Shown here: piece after piece, positions 25,726 through 38,580 of the stretch
Layout: each line of letters begins with the position of its first letter
Position numbering within the stretch: position 1 is the first letter of the stretch
Assembly: GCA_964016885.1 (NCBI GenBank)
Contig: OZ024749.1
Span: 17,236,001 to 17,300,000 of the forward strand
Source of the DNA: Eledone cirrhosa
Lineage: Eukaryota
Length of the DNA stretch: 64,000 nt
Reading direction: 5' to 3'
Notes under the pieces: generated by a model
What the model saw: only the letters and a program-made list of their open reading frames with translations
Told to the model about the DNA's origin: nothing
The model's database searches: none
Position numbers and translations under genes: made by a program

Positions 25726-26541
25726 AACATTCCTTACAATTTGGCCAAACGTATATGTACCATAGTATCAGATCCACCTAAACGGGAGCAAAGACTAAAG
25801 GAACTAAAAGACACCCTTATCTTAAGAGCCTTTCCACTTGAAATAATCAACAATGGAATAGACAGGGCAAAACACCTAAATCCCCATCAACTTAACAATC
25901 CAAAACAGAAAACCACACTCAACACCCTGCCATATGTATCCACTTTCAACCCCAGAAATACCGAAATGTTTGATCACCTACACAAAAACCTCCCCATCCT
26001 ACTTAAAGATGTAAAAATGAAGTCTATTCTTGAAACACACAAGATCCTTAAAAGTAAAAGACAACCCAAATCACTTAAACGCATTCTCACTGGACCAAAT
26101 ATACCCAAACCAATCCTCAACCCTACAGTTACCAAATGTGGTAGAACAAACTGTGGAACGTGCCTCTACCTCACTGAAGGACAAACATTTACATTCAAAG
26201 TTGGCCAAACATTTACAGTAAAAAACAATTTCACCTGCAACTCGGAGAACTTGATTTACGCAATAACTTGCGGTGGGTGCAAACACAACTACATAGGACA
26301 GACGGGCAACTCATTACGCAAAAGAATGACCATCCACCGCCAACAAATCCGGGACGCTAACACAAGAAAAATCCCCTTGAGCAGCCATATTGCGAACTGC
26401 GCAGGAATGACACTACCCAACTTTAAAATCTTCCCCTTCTACAAGTGCTCAGATTCGTTCACACAGCAACAAAGAATAAACAAAGAAAATCTATTCCTTA
26501 ACAAATTTAAACCAAAACTAAACGGGTTATCACCCCAATAG
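25726..26541 (+). CDS. PLE ORF C-terminal fragment: RT thumb end, Cys-rich linker and GIY-YIG endonuclease (open frame, no true start)
   Basis: NIPYNLAKRICTIVSD...LPYVSTFNP...KCGRTNCGTC...FTCNSENLIYAITCGGCKHNYIGQTGNSLRKRMTIH...E...FKPKLN. The N-terminus of track ORF 25540..26541 comes from the inverted arm. Confidence 0.85.
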   Translation, partial: NIPYNLAKRICTIVSDPPKREQRLKELKDTLILRAFPLEIINNGIDRAKHLNPHQLNNPKQKTTLNTLPYVSTFNPRNTEMFDHLHKNLPILLKDVKMKSILETHKILKSKRQPKSLKRILTGPNIPKPILNPTVTKCGRTNCGTCLYLTEGQTFTFKVGQTFTVKNNFTCNSENLIYAITCGGCKHNYIGQTGNSLRKRMTIHRQQIRDANTRKIPLSSHIANCAGMTLPNFKIFPFYKCSDSFTQQQRINKENLFLNKFKPKLNGLSPQ

Positions 26542-27134
26542 AATTGTCATAAAATATAAACACACATACGCACGGAATCACTACTATTAAAGACCAGAGA
26601 CCAATTCTGTAGAATCAGGTTTATTCGTTGACAGACTATGCCTTTGTGTGACCAACACATCCATGTTAAACCCTGCACGTGCACACACATATATCTATAT
26701 ATATATGCGCACACAGAATTCACCACAAGTCATTCTGATCACATGAAGAACTCAATGTGATCAGAATGACTTGTATTTTAATTTCACTGTTCTAACTTCT
26801 TATATTATGGAAAAAATATATGTGTATGTATGTATATATATATATATTTGGAGGCCATTTCTCTGTGTGTGGGTGTATGTATGTGTATATGTGTGTGTGT
26901 GTGCATGTGGATGTATGTATTGTGTGTGCGTGTGTGTGTGTGTGTGTGTATGTATGTGTGTATCTGGATGTATGCGTATGTGTATATATATATATATATG
27001 TGTGTGTGTATATATATGTGTGTGTATGTGTATATATATGTGTGTGTGTGTATGTTTGTATGTGTGTATGTATATATATGTGTGTGTGTGTGTATGTATG
27101 TGTGGGTGTGTGTATATATATATATATATGTGTG

Positions 27135-27177
<43 letters not shown>

Positions 27178-27574
27178 GTGTATCTGGATGTGTATGTATA
27201 TATGTGTGTGTGTATATTTATATGTGTGTGTGTATGTGTATATATGTGTGTGGATGAAGGTATGTGTGTATATATAGGTGTAAGTGCACTAAATCCCTTT
27301 CTATCACGCTCCACTCTCCTACCGACCACAGGAAGATATATGTATGTATATTGCTTCCACCCCTCACTGGCCAGCTGGTCATTGCTAAATCTGACCTTTA
27401 TAAAATAACCCACACCCCAAATAACTTCTCATTCACTACCAGAAAGGCACACAGCAGTCAACTTGTTGCTACCTAGATGAAAACTACTATGAAATCCCAC
27501 AATGAATTTTATACATGAATTTTCAAATCTCAAATTTTAACTCTTCGTATTATTAATTTTTCTTAATATTAATC

Positions 27575-27622
27575 AACATTTGAAAAGATGGCTTTTGCAG
27601 ACCCATCGAAACCGGTCATTTT
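27575..27622 (+). ncRNA. Minimal hammerhead-like motif, U3-A8 variant, weak stem I (mirror copy on minus strand 24611-24658)
   Basis: AACAT-TTGAAAA-GATGG...CCATC-GAAA-CCGG-TC-ATTTT; palindromic ACCGGT stem III, GUC triplet; stem I has one mismatch. Confidence 0.62.
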
Positions 27623-27760
27623 TTATACCCTTTATTATTTCCTTACCTTATAAAATTATATGTTTTTTCACAAAAAAGTATTCTGTCTCTTATATATTCC
27701 ATGTGCCATTACCAACCTCAATTTTCTCTATAACCTTCGTTTTGTGTAGAAAATTACACT

Positions 27761-27817
<57 letters not shown>

Positions 27818-27819
27818 CA

Positions 27820-27871
<52 letters not shown>

Positions 27872-28230
27872 GCATCCTAGAACAAAACCCGTTGATAACA
27901 CGACTTCCTTGTTCATCATCTTATCTGAAGCCAGACATTCTTTATGGAGGCGGACAGTACCTGATTTTGGAGTCGCAGAAACCAATACTGGATTTTACCA
28001 TCAGTCCAGGGTCCGGGAATGTATCAACACATATATTTTTATTGTTTGACCCGAATTACTTGGTCGTTTGTTTTGGCTGTGCGGATGATATGTTTAACCA
28101 TCATCTCAGTGTGTTTGGCCCTTAACGTATGTTGTAGCTCTGATTCACATGAATCATCGAGCGCTTGCCACACATAACGGATGTTGATTTTCGTTAATTC
28201 CTGTGCTGAAATACGATTCTCGCTAATTTA

Positions 28231-28269
<39 letters not shown>

Positions 28270-28272
<3 letters not shown>

Positions 28273-28935
28273 TATGTAAAAAAACACAGACGTAAAAGCA
28301 CACGTACACACACACATATATATATATACGCGCACACACACGAATGCATTCGCACACATATACAAACACGTATACACATATATGCACACGCATACATACA
28401 TATATAAAAACCACCCGTATGAATAAATGGGTACAAGATATACGCAAGTAAACATACATAAAAGCGACTGAGGGACAACAGAATATATCTGGAGTTAAAA
28501 CACAAGTAGCATGTGATATCAGGTAGTGAAAGAAAAGGGGGAAGTAAAATTGTGAAGATATAAAGTAAGTAAATCAAAAAGCAGGGGGGGGGGGGTCACT
28601 AGTGGATGTGAAGTAAAAATATAAATAATAATTAAAATAAATCAGAAAGAGAAGTCTGTAAAGAAGGTAAGTTAAGGAAAGTGAAGAACAAGAGTTTATG
28701 GAGGATAAGTATCTGAAAGTGAGTTAAGTTTATATGAGCTGGAAAGCAAATGTGATTTCATGTGTGGGCAACTGGTGAAAATTTCTGTTTTTGCGTTTAG
28801 GCAGGTTCTTGGTGATTTAAGGTTCTGTAAAATCCAATATTTTTCACTTATGCAGAGTGTGCATCTTCTTGTTCCTCTTGCATATTCTTTAGATTGGGGC
28901 AAAATTGACCAATCTAATTTATATAAATCCCATAT
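28270..28935 (-). mobile_element. PLE 3' fragment (end of GIY-YIG region), same family as 37636-39145
   Basis: SKEYARGTRRCTLCISEKYWIL...CLNAKTEIFTSCPH; nucleotide similarity to ~38500-39145. Confidence 0.75.
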
Positions 28936-28953
28936 TCTGCTAGCCAGAGCTGT

Positions 28954-29069
<116 letters not shown>

Positions 29070-30086
29070 AGTTGTAATGGATAATATCACTGCTATTTCT
29101 AGCAGTCAGTGAGACTACATAGAGGTTTTATTATTGATATTTTACTGAGTGAGACTTTCTGATTTACAATAAATTAAATACGATTGGAACTGTGTCTGAA
29201 GGTATTAAATTATATCAGGGACTTTTAACGTATGACACCGGTAAGAGAGGTGAAACGTTGTCAACGATACCAAGTACCTGCTGTCTTCATTATAACTTTA
29301 ATTAATCTATTTATATCTTGTGTAACAATTATATATATATATATACACAATTTTCTTTCCCTGACATCAGTCTTACACTGTCATATCTATTCTTACTTTA
29401 CAATTGTGTCTACTAAGATTTCGTTTACAATCTGTAGTAGTAAACCTACTATTTCACTAGAACATCTGCTATCAGTCATTTATAGACAATATATATATTT
29501 TAGACCACATATCAACCTAATATATAGATATATTTCCTATCAAATATGTAGCTAAAGACATAAAGTCAGCCTCACGACTTCATTCTGAAAAGATATCAAT
29601 TTATGACTAAAGATGAAGAAGATACACCAACGTTAATGTCGTGAAATTAAGCTGATAACATCTTTGAAATTTCTAATTTGATAACAAAGAGATTATTTCT
29701 TTGGTTGTTTAGTAACAACTAACAACACAACACATTGATTATATGTGAAGGAGGCAAGTTGACAAAGATTTACTTAATATCTATATTAATGTGTGTAAAT
29801 AATATAATTATGTGAACCCTACAACGATCCAGTAATTATATACAAGTGAAAATATATATAACAACATTAGAAAAATATATTTCTTCCTCCACTTTTATAT
29901 ATAGAAAAAAACTTCCAAACTGAAATGTTGATGTGTTATTTTTCAATCAGCAGATTCCACTGTTACATGTGATATAAAATATATTGTTATCATGACTGTC
30001 TTTATTATTGAAAATACCTCCGTCTATATTTCAACCACTGGAACAACCTCAAACAAGAATCAGTTGTCGCACCCTCAGTCAACATT
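29070..30086. repeat. Non-coding block duplicated directly at ~46096-46396 plus ~50830-51705 (second copy split by insertions)
   Basis: GTTGTAATGGATAATATCACT... and ATATCTATTCTTACTTTACAATTG...CACCCTCAGTCAACAT are shared at high identity. Confidence 0.9.
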
Positions 30087-30159
30087 TTAAAGTAAAAAAT
30101 AGAAATAAATATTATGAGTGTTTATAGATAGATAGATGTATGTTGTGTGTGTATATATA

Positions 30160-30712
30160 CAGTAATCCCCCGCTATATCGCGGTTCACTTTTCGCGGTCC
30201 CGTTACATCGCGGATATTTCTTTGGAACGTATCTAATTTCCTATCGAGGTAATCCTCGCCACATCGCGGATTTTTCTTATCGCAGTACGTCTGAATAAAA
30301 AGTGTTTAAATTTTAAACTTCTAAAATAAGTTTCAATGTTATTAAAGTGTATATCGTATGGAAGGAACATCTTAAGGCTTTAATTATAAACAAATGTTTT
30401 TATTTTTCATTCCATTACTGTTTTACTGATTGTGTTTTGCTCTAATCTACTACAAACTATTCATAGATAGACGGGAGATGTGCAGTGGTTACCGTGGCTG
30501 GCAATGGTCCTCATTGGTAACTAGTGGTACGATGGTTGGTGGTAGTTTCTATACGATCGTTACTGGCTGTTTTTGGTGTTTAAATACAAAAGTATGTTTT
30601 AATGATTTTATATGTAATTAAAGCGTATAGGAGAGGTATTTTAAGGGTTAAACTATGAAAACCACGGTTGTCTTTATGGTCTCTCTATATCACGGTTGGT
30701 TCTGGAACGTAT
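30160..30712. mobile_element. Tc1/mariner-pogo (Tigger-like) non-autonomous DNA transposon remnant
   Basis: Begins TA|CAGTAATCCCCCGCTATATCGCGGTTCACTTTTCGCGG with repeated TCGCGG subterminal motifs. The right terminal repeat is not seen (the remnant abuts a SINE). Confidence 0.5.
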
Positions 30713-30890
30713 CATGGCTTACTGGTTAGAGCATTGGGCTTACAATCGTTCTATTCTCAGACCAGGTGATGTGTTGTGTCCTTGAGCAAGACACTTTATT
30801 TCACATTGTTTGCTCAGTTGTAGAAATGAGTTGTGATGTTACTGGTGCCAAGCTGCATCGGCCATAGCCTTTCTCTTGGACAACACCATA
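30713..30890 (+). mobile_element. tRNA-derived CORE-type SINE, degenerate
   Basis: A-box-like TGGCTTACTGGTTAGAG and CORE-like TGTGTCCTTGAGCAAGACACTTTA. The 3' part recurs at ~39940, 40119 and 40221. Confidence 0.6.
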
Positions 30891-31172
30891 TATAGTTTAT
30901 AATATATACTGTACACAGTGTATATATAATTGTTTCTACTTTTGGTACAAGACCAACAATTATTCCAGTGTATTACTGGTACTTTATTTTATCGACCCCA
31001 TAAGGATGAAAGACAAAGTTAACCTTGGTGGCATATATAATATATATATATAGTGTATAATATATACTGTACACAGTGTATATATAATATATATTTATAG
31101 TGTATCATATATACTGTACACAGTGTATATATAATATATATATAGTTGATCATTATACTGTACATAGTGTAT

Positions 31173-31498
31173 ATCATCATCATCATCATTTTACGTTCAC
31201 TTTTCCCTACTTGCAAGGGTGGGACGGGTCCTATTCAGCACAACATCTCTCCACTTGTCACGGTCCTTCCTCATCTCCATGAGCTTCAGTGATCTGAGGT
31301 CTGCTGTCACCACCTCCGCCCATGTTTTTCGTGGTCTTCCTCTACAGCTTCTTCCTTCTACTGGGATTTCTTGGCACTTCTTTACCCAGCAGTCATCCTC
31401 CATGTACATACCAACACAGTCTTCTCTCCCACACACTACAACTTATCCCTCTTATACACAGTTTTTCTCTCAACTCAAATATGCTTGGTTGCTCCCGT
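31173..31498 (-). mobile_element. RTE LINE 3' fragment with (GAT)n tail
   Basis: ELREKLCIRGISC...ERRLCWY and GRPRKTWAEVV; CATCATCAT tract at the 3' end. Confidence 0.8.
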
Positions 31499-31609
31499 AA
31501 TAATATATTATTATAATATATATAGAGAGTATATATAATGTACATAGTGTATATATAATGTAAAAGAATGAAGAATAACATGGTCGGCTGTACAAAAAGG
31601 GTTTATTTA

Positions 31610-31722
31610 CAGTATTAACAATTGTTTCATTAATCAGGTAAGTCTAAAAGCTGCTGATCATTAGAAATTATATCACTCAACGTTAATTACAGTGTTTGCC
31701 TGATCAAATCATCGGAATACTG
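31610..31722 (-). ncRNA. Type I hammerhead motif, U4>C variant, long stem II
   Basis: Minus strand: CAGTATT-CCGATGA-T-TTGATCAGG...CCTGATTAA-T-GAAA-CAATTG-TT-AATACTG; 7-bp stem I, ACAATTGT palindrome. Confidence 0.75.
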
Positions 31723-31793
31723 ATGTGTGGATAAGACAGGGCACTGGTATTTATAGATACATAGGAGAATAACATAAATGAAAACAATAATAA

Positions 31794-31985
31794 TAATTGT
31801 TTCTACTTTTGGCACAAGGCCAGCAAATACCCCAGTGTATTACTGGTACTTTATTTGATTGTCTCCGTAAGGATGAAAGGGAAAGTTAACCTTGGCAGGA
31901 TTTGAACTCAGAATGGCAAGGGCCATAACTCTATGCGTCAAATCATGGTGTCTGACCCTTTACCGATACTGCCAATTCACCCCCC
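31794..31985 (-). mobile_element. tRNA-derived SINE (other copies ~30928-31031 partial, ~42598-42778, ~53679-53867)
   Basis: Minus-strand B-box GAGTTCAAATCC; four similar copies share ACTGGTACTTTATTT..GACCCC.TAAGGATGAAAGG. Confidence 0.8.
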
Positions 31986-33792
31986 CCCCCCTAAAAAAAA
32001 TATATAGTTACTGATAATAGTAGTAGTGGTGGTAGTAGTCTAAGTTATAGTGGTGAATAGGTAGATGTGTAAAATAGTAATGACAGTAGTGATGATAATA
32101 ACATGAAAAGATATATGATAAGTGAAATGTTGGTCTCTTGTAGATTGGTGAGTTGACACTGTACTAATATAGTGGATTGAGTTGATGAATTGGTGAAATA
32201 AAAGTGAAAAAAAATAATAAAGGGTTAAAATAAAAAGTAAGAGAAAAAGATAAAGAAGAGGAGATAAAGAATAAGGATTCGAAGATAAAACATAGAAAGG
32301 TAAGAATAAAAATCAGAAAACGGTAAATAGAGAATAAAAAGTAAAAGGGGCAGTGATGATATGTAGGTGATTAAGGTCGGAGTAGATTGACTGTTTTATC
32401 TTAATGGGGGTGATGTGACTATAGAGAGAAAAGGAAAGAAAGGTGAAGGGATTCCTGAGGTTGATTTAATGACCAGTTGGTCAATTGACAGCTAATAACA
32501 GTGGAGTGGTGTAAAGTTGGTACATTTTAATCCGGGTGGTTTTGACTGAATACTGAGATCGCTGGATCAAATTATGCCGGTTGCAGTTTGAAGCTGGTTA
32601 TTTGGTGGCTGCTTTGTACCTACAGAAGATTATTTGCTCTATCTTGTTATTAAGTAACATTTAATTATATTTTAAAATATGGAGCGGCTCCATATTGCAT
32701 AATCTGCAGTGGGACGTTCCATTTCTGTAGGCCCTTTCACTCGATAACTTCAACCAGCTAATCTCATATTCCTGATTAGTGTCCTTAAGCTGCCAGATTT
32801 TATTGGCCAGCATCGTTGTATTACCGAGTTTACGGTTTTTTATAGAATGTCTATGCACATACCATCTTTTTTTTAAATTTCCAGCTGTAGAACCTATGTA
32901 GTGCCATGCTAGGTTGCCAGATTTGATAGTACACAGGTATACTATACTTCACTCCAGGCATCTATTCTGCAGTGGGCATTTATCCGGTAGGTGGCAGAGG
33001 ACTTCCTGTGTGCAGGTTTCTCGTTGCAGTTCTGTATGTTGTTAGGGACAGGCTGGGATTTAGGTTTATTGGTGTTTTGTTGTAATGTGCCCTGACGTGT
33101 GGGTGGTTGTAATGCTGTTATGTGTTTGTGTTTTGTATTTGATGTTACGGTGTATGTCAGTAGACTACATTCTTTAGGTATTCTCCTAGAGTTGATTCTA
33201 TGTATGTGTGATTCAATGTTTGCTGCAGTAGAGTAAGAGAGTTTGATAGGTTGTCTGTTAAAGATTCTATGGTATTTGTGTGGTTTAGGGAAGTGCTTGT
33301 CGATTATCCTCACCCTTCGGTTCATTCATCCATATATCTATAATCGGCCAAATATAAATAATATATATATATAAATTATATATCTATAATCACCAAATAT
33401 AAATAAGCCTGCTCCTCGCTAGACAAAACTCAGAATTTGTCAACTCTTATTGATGGTCAGTCTGCTTCTAAGAAATATAACGTATAAATAACATTTTCTT
33501 CTCACCTCCCTCCTCTTCGGTTCATTCATCCATATATCTATAATCGCCCAGAATCAAAATCTTATTCATAATTGTTTTTCTATAATTCTGTCTCACTGTT
33601 CTAAAAATCTTCTCCACGTTGTTCTAAATAATCTTCTCGCTACCATTTTGGCCGAAAAAACTTTTCCAGGATTCATAGAAATGGCTTCTCTCTCTCAGCC
33701 CTCTAAAATCACTTTCAACCCCACTCTCTCTCTCTCTATCATATACGTCGCTTTCTCACTCCCTACGCATCAAATATAAATAAGCCTGCTCC

Positions 33793-36700
33793 TCGCTAAC
33801 TACCCCATACCCCTCCCTCCTGCCCCCTCTCCACATTATTTGGACCAATCACAAGTCAACGGCCTATGCTATCACTTCTGGTTGCTTTTTGATATGATGG
33901 ATGGACTAAGGAGTTTCTGGAGAGTCTGAAGAATCTGGACACCCGAAGATAATGCCAAAGATAACGACAAATTCACCTCATGCTGCCGGACGAAAGGGCA
34001 AGGGCCCCTCCTCTTTGTTGCGGCCACGGATGGCCAACATAACCCCAACCTCATCCACCTCACCCCTCCCTGCGCCCCACCCACCAAACGCAATCCAAAA
34101 CTTCAGAGTTGGTACCATGAATGTAGGCACCTTAAAAGGCCGCTCTAACGAGATTGTAGAAATGCTTGAACGTAAGGAAGTTGATGTTTGCTGTATCCAA
34201 GAGACCAGGTGGAGGGGCGGGTCTGCTAGATTCATTGTGGGTAAAAAACGATGCTATAAGCTTTTCTGGGTGGGAAATGACAATGGGCTGGGTGGGGTAG
34301 GAATAATGATAGCAGAAAAATGGGTGGATAAGATAATAGACGTAAATAGAGTAAATGACAGAATAATTAAAATAAGACTTGTCCTAAATAGAACTACTGT
34401 GACGGTAACATCTGCGTACGGGCCCCAATCTGGACTGCTTGGCGCTATAAAAGACAGTTTCTATGAAAACACTGATGCTCACTACCTCCCAAATAACCGA
34501 CAGTAACTATATAATTATTGCTGGTGACCTAAATGGTCACGTTGGACAATATTGTGATGGCTATGACGGAATCCACGGAGGCTATGGGTTTGGTACTAGA
34601 AATGAGGAAGGCTCAAGAATCCTGGAATTCTGTGACGCAAATAACCTAACTATCTGTAACACTAACTTCAAAAAACGAGACAATCACTTGATCACCTACA
34701 GATCAGGGGAACATACCAGCCAGGTAGATTATATCCTTACCAGAAGACGTGACAGAGTGTCTGTTGTAAATATTAAGTCCCTCCCCCATGAAGAATGCAC
34801 CTCGCAACATAGACTGATAATTAGCGACCTCATAGTCAGGACGAGACATACTCGACAGCAGAAGAGGACTATCCTCAGGAGAAAAATATGGAAGTTAAAG
34901 GACCCCACAGCCAGAAATAAATTTAAAAGCATATTACTTGATGCTTTCGACAGTAAGGAAGAGCATTTAGAGTCGTACAATATAGAGGAACAGTGGGAAT
35001 TCCTGAAAGCATACCTGCTGATGGCGGCAGACGAAGTATGTGGCTGGAGCAGGCCGATAGGCAGGAGGAGAGTAACATGGTGGTGGAACAGTAAGGTGGA
35101 GGAGTCAATTAAGGCCAAAACGCAGGCTTGGAAAGTATGGCGGGATGGGGGAAGTAGAGAAGACTATCAAGTGGCCAGGAGGGAAGCTAGGAGACAAGTG
35201 TACTTCGCAAGAAGGGAAGCAGAGGAAAGAAAGTTCAAGCATGTTCTACAACGCGAGGACCAAAAACGTGAGGTGTTCAGGATTGCTAGGCAATGTGTCA
35301 AGGAAAACCATGATATTGTCGAGCTGAAGTGTGTACTTAATGATGATGGCGTACTTGCCATCACTGACGTTGATAAGAAGGTAGCTTGGAAGTGTCACTA
35401 CGAAAGGCTACTAAATGAGGAGAATAAATGGGAGAAAGACAGTCTCCCCCACATCGACCCAATAGAGGGACCAGCAGTGTTAGTCGAAGGTAGTATAATA
35501 AGTAAGGCAATCAAAGATATGAAAACGGGTAAGGCGGCTGGGCCTTCGAAAATAGTTGCTGAAATGCTGAAAGCCTCTGGAACGGTGGGACGCACCATGG
35601 TCACCCGGATAGCAAACCAAGTCATACAGAATTGGGTTGTTCCGAAGGACTGGCGTAGCAGCATCATCATTAACTGCTACAAGGGTAAAGGAGATTCCCT
35701 AATTAGGAGTAACTATAGAGGCATTAAATTAATCGACCAGGTCATGAAGGTCACGGAAAATGTAATAGCGCAACTAATCAGAGAGAGAATTGATCTAGAT
35801 GAAATGCAGTTTGGGTTTGTGTCAGGCAAAAGTACCACAGACGCTCTTTTCATTGTACGACAACTACAGGAGAAGTACCTAACTAAAAGTAAACCCCTAT
35901 ACTTAGCTTTTGTCGACCTGGAGAAAGCCTTCGACAGAGTCCCCCGTTCCATTATCTGGTGGGCTCTTAGAAAACTAGGTGTTGATGAATGGCTTGTGAG
36001 AGCTATACAAGCCATGTATAAAGAAACAGTCAGCAGGGTTAGAATTAACAACGAATATAGTGAAGAGTTTAGCGTAAAAGTTGGTGTTAATCAGGGCTCC
36101 GTTCTTAGCCCCCTACTATTTATTATTGCCCTTCAGGCTACAAAAGGGGAGTTCAAGACCGGCTGCCCATGGGTACTCCTATACGCAGATGATCTAACGC
36201 TCATAGCTGAATCAATGGCCGAACTAGAGAAGAAATTCCAAACATGGAAGCACGGCCTAGAAACAAAAGGCCTTAAAATTAACCTGTCTAAGACTAAAGT
36301 TCTAGTTTGTAGGAAGGAAAATAGGGCGCCGGTCCCATCCGGGAAATGGCCATGCTCAGTGTGTAGGAAAGGAGTAGGTAGAAACTCCATTTTATGTCCC
36401 AAATGCAAAGTATGGGTGCATAAAAGATGTAGTGGGATCACAGGTAAGCTAACTAAGAACATAGATTTTACATGTGGCCGGTGCTCTGGTGCAATAAGTA
36501 GCAGCAAGTGCCCACAGAATACTATCTCTTTCAATTGCACAGATGGTTCTATAGAAATAGTGGACAGTTTCCGTTACCTGGGTGACAAAATCAGCAGTGG
36601 GGGAGGGTGCTCTGAAAGTTCAGTAGCTAGAGTCAGAACTGGATGGAAAAAGTTCAGAAAGCTTATACCACTATTAGCCGCTGAAGGGTTCTCCCTAAAA

Positions 36701-37518
36701 ATGAAAGGCAGGCTGTATGATGCCTGCATACGAACAGCAATGTTGCATGGCAGTGAGACCTGGGCATTGTGTGCAGAGGATATACGCAGACTAGAGAAGA
36801 ACGAAGCTTGCCTGCTCCGCTGGATGTGTAATAGTAATATACGTGAACGGCAAAGCATTAACGAACTAAGGGAAAAATTAGAAATAAGAGGGATCAGATG
36901 TTGTTTACTCGAGAGAAGGCTACGTTGGTATGGTCACGTGATGCGCATGAAATACGACAGCTGTATAAAAAAGTGCAGGGCAATAAAAATAGACGGTAGC
37001 CACGGAGTAGGCAGACCCAGAAAAACCTGGGACGACTTGATAAATTCCGACCTCACACACTTACACCTCTCCAAGACAATGTCACTGGACCGAGATCTAT
37101 TACCGGTACACAGTAATAGAGAAGACCCGCCTTACCTAAATACAAAGTAAAACCTACTACAGTCAGTAGGCACCTCTAACAAAATACACCCCCGCCCCAC
37201 TACCACCACCCCTTTCAATGTAAAGTTATGTTGGTGCCACAACATCCAGGCCGAAACAAATGAGGTCGTGTAGGTGTCACGACAAAAAAACACACAGTCC
37301 ACGTTGTAATGTGGGCGTGTAGGCAACACGGAAACAATTTCCCAGTCCACACTGTAAATGTGGTTGGTGTTAGGAAGGGCATCCAGCCGTAGAAAACCCG
37401 CCAGACAGTCCTATGCGAGCAAGACAACCACTCTTGCCTCAAGTGGGAAAACTCCCGTCCAAACCCATGCAAGCATGGAATATGGACGTTAAACGATGAT
37501 GATGATGATGATGATGAT
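33793..37518 (+). mobile_element. Near full-length RTE-clade LINE with (GAT)n tail
   Basis: The 5' UTR is shared with the copy ending at ~53929. Single APE-RT ORF; 3' UTR with short tandem repeats; ends TTAAAC(GAT)n. Confidence 0.93.
33952..37150 (+). pseudogene. RTE ORF (AP endonuclease, reverse transcriptase, PHD-like Cys insert) broken by one +1 frameshift near 34465
   Basis: APE motifs GTMNVGTL, CCIQETRW, AGDLNGHVG, QVDYIL, SQHRL; RT motifs FVDLEKAFDRVP, GVNQGSVLSP, LLYADDL. ORFs 33952..34506 and 34463..37150 overlap where this copy has TATGAAAACA and the second copy has TATGAGACA (FYETLML). Confidence 0.9.
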
Positions 37519-37586
37519 TACCTTAAACAACACCTTGTTATCCTATATATATATATATATATATAGGATAACAAGGTGTTGTTTCA

Positions 37587-37635
<49 letters not shown>

Positions 37636-37638
<3 letters not shown>

Positions 37639-38521
37639 TGAAATTTCCGTTGAAAACAGAAAAGGTCATAGAAGTGAAGAGTGCTCTATGTAAGTATCAG
37701 AGCAAAATTTAATGTATAAAAATCAATACAATATAATTACCTCATTACCAGAGGTTTCCCGAATGAGGCGAATACGAAAGAAACGTCTTCATTCGTTCGT
37801 CAGACGAGGCAATATAAAACATGGGTAAATACTTGGAAAGTCTCATCAAGAAAAGCAAAAAAACAAAAAAACAAAAAAGATATAGACAAATGAATTAGAA
37901 TATGAAATATATAATAATCTTTCAAGAAAAATAGTTAGGTGTGTGTATATGTATGTATATACGCTCACAGATGTGCATATATGTGTATGCACATATGTAT
38001 ACGTATAGTGAAAAAGTGTGCGTAAATATATAATTTAGGGCAAATGTATCTGTATGTCTGTAATCTACAGACAGAATAGATACATCATAAGAATATGAAG
38101 GCACGCACATAAACACACCTACACACACGTACACTTGGATGCGGAAGTAAAAGAGGTAAGGGAGTGTAATAATTAAAGGAAAGTATCAATCTCGATATAT
38201 TTATAAAAATGGAACAATAATTTAGAAAGAAAAAATTAAAGAAAAGAAGACAAAAAAGGTACATACATATACACACACGTATATCTCACATAAGAAACGC
38301 AAAAATATACATACTTATACATACACGCACACTTACACATCCATACGTTCGATACGTACACACACACGCACACACACACACACATACTTACACTCACGCA
38401 TATTGACCTGTTTGCATGCACACGCATAAAAATGAGTAAGTAAAAAAAGGGGGGAAGAAAAAAGGAACAAAACATAAAACCTAGATGTAAAAACACGGAT
38501 ATAAAGACACATACACATACG

Positions 38522-38580
<59 letters not shown>

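Larger units (their letters stand above)
24504..27765 (+). mobile_element. 5'-truncated Penelope-like element with a long inverted terminal structure (arms ~24504-25657 and ~26609-27729)
   Basis: The arms are reverse complements, including their internal CA/TG tracts. The core encodes a PLE linker and GIY-YIG domain. Both outer ends lie in (TA)n/(GA)n. Confidence 0.92.
31562..33320 (-). mobile_element. Decayed 5'-truncated Penelope-like element with HHR-bearing 3' end (SINE inserted at ~31794-31985)
   Basis: IIDKHFPKPHKYHRIFNRQPIKLSYS and HRHSIKNRKLGNTTMLANKIWQLKD...CRLCNME. The 3' end TTCATTCTTT matches the element ending at 18641. Confidence 0.85.

Noticed and set aside
27870-28225. Complex-sequence island between microsatellites, possibly a coding remnant
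   Set aside because: The frames I read contain stops and no motif I can recognise; left unannotated.
34729-36858. Several minus-strand ORFs inside the RTE (and plus-strand ORFs inside 51848-53654)
   Set aside because: They are antisense shadows of the RTE coding frame with no independent motifs.
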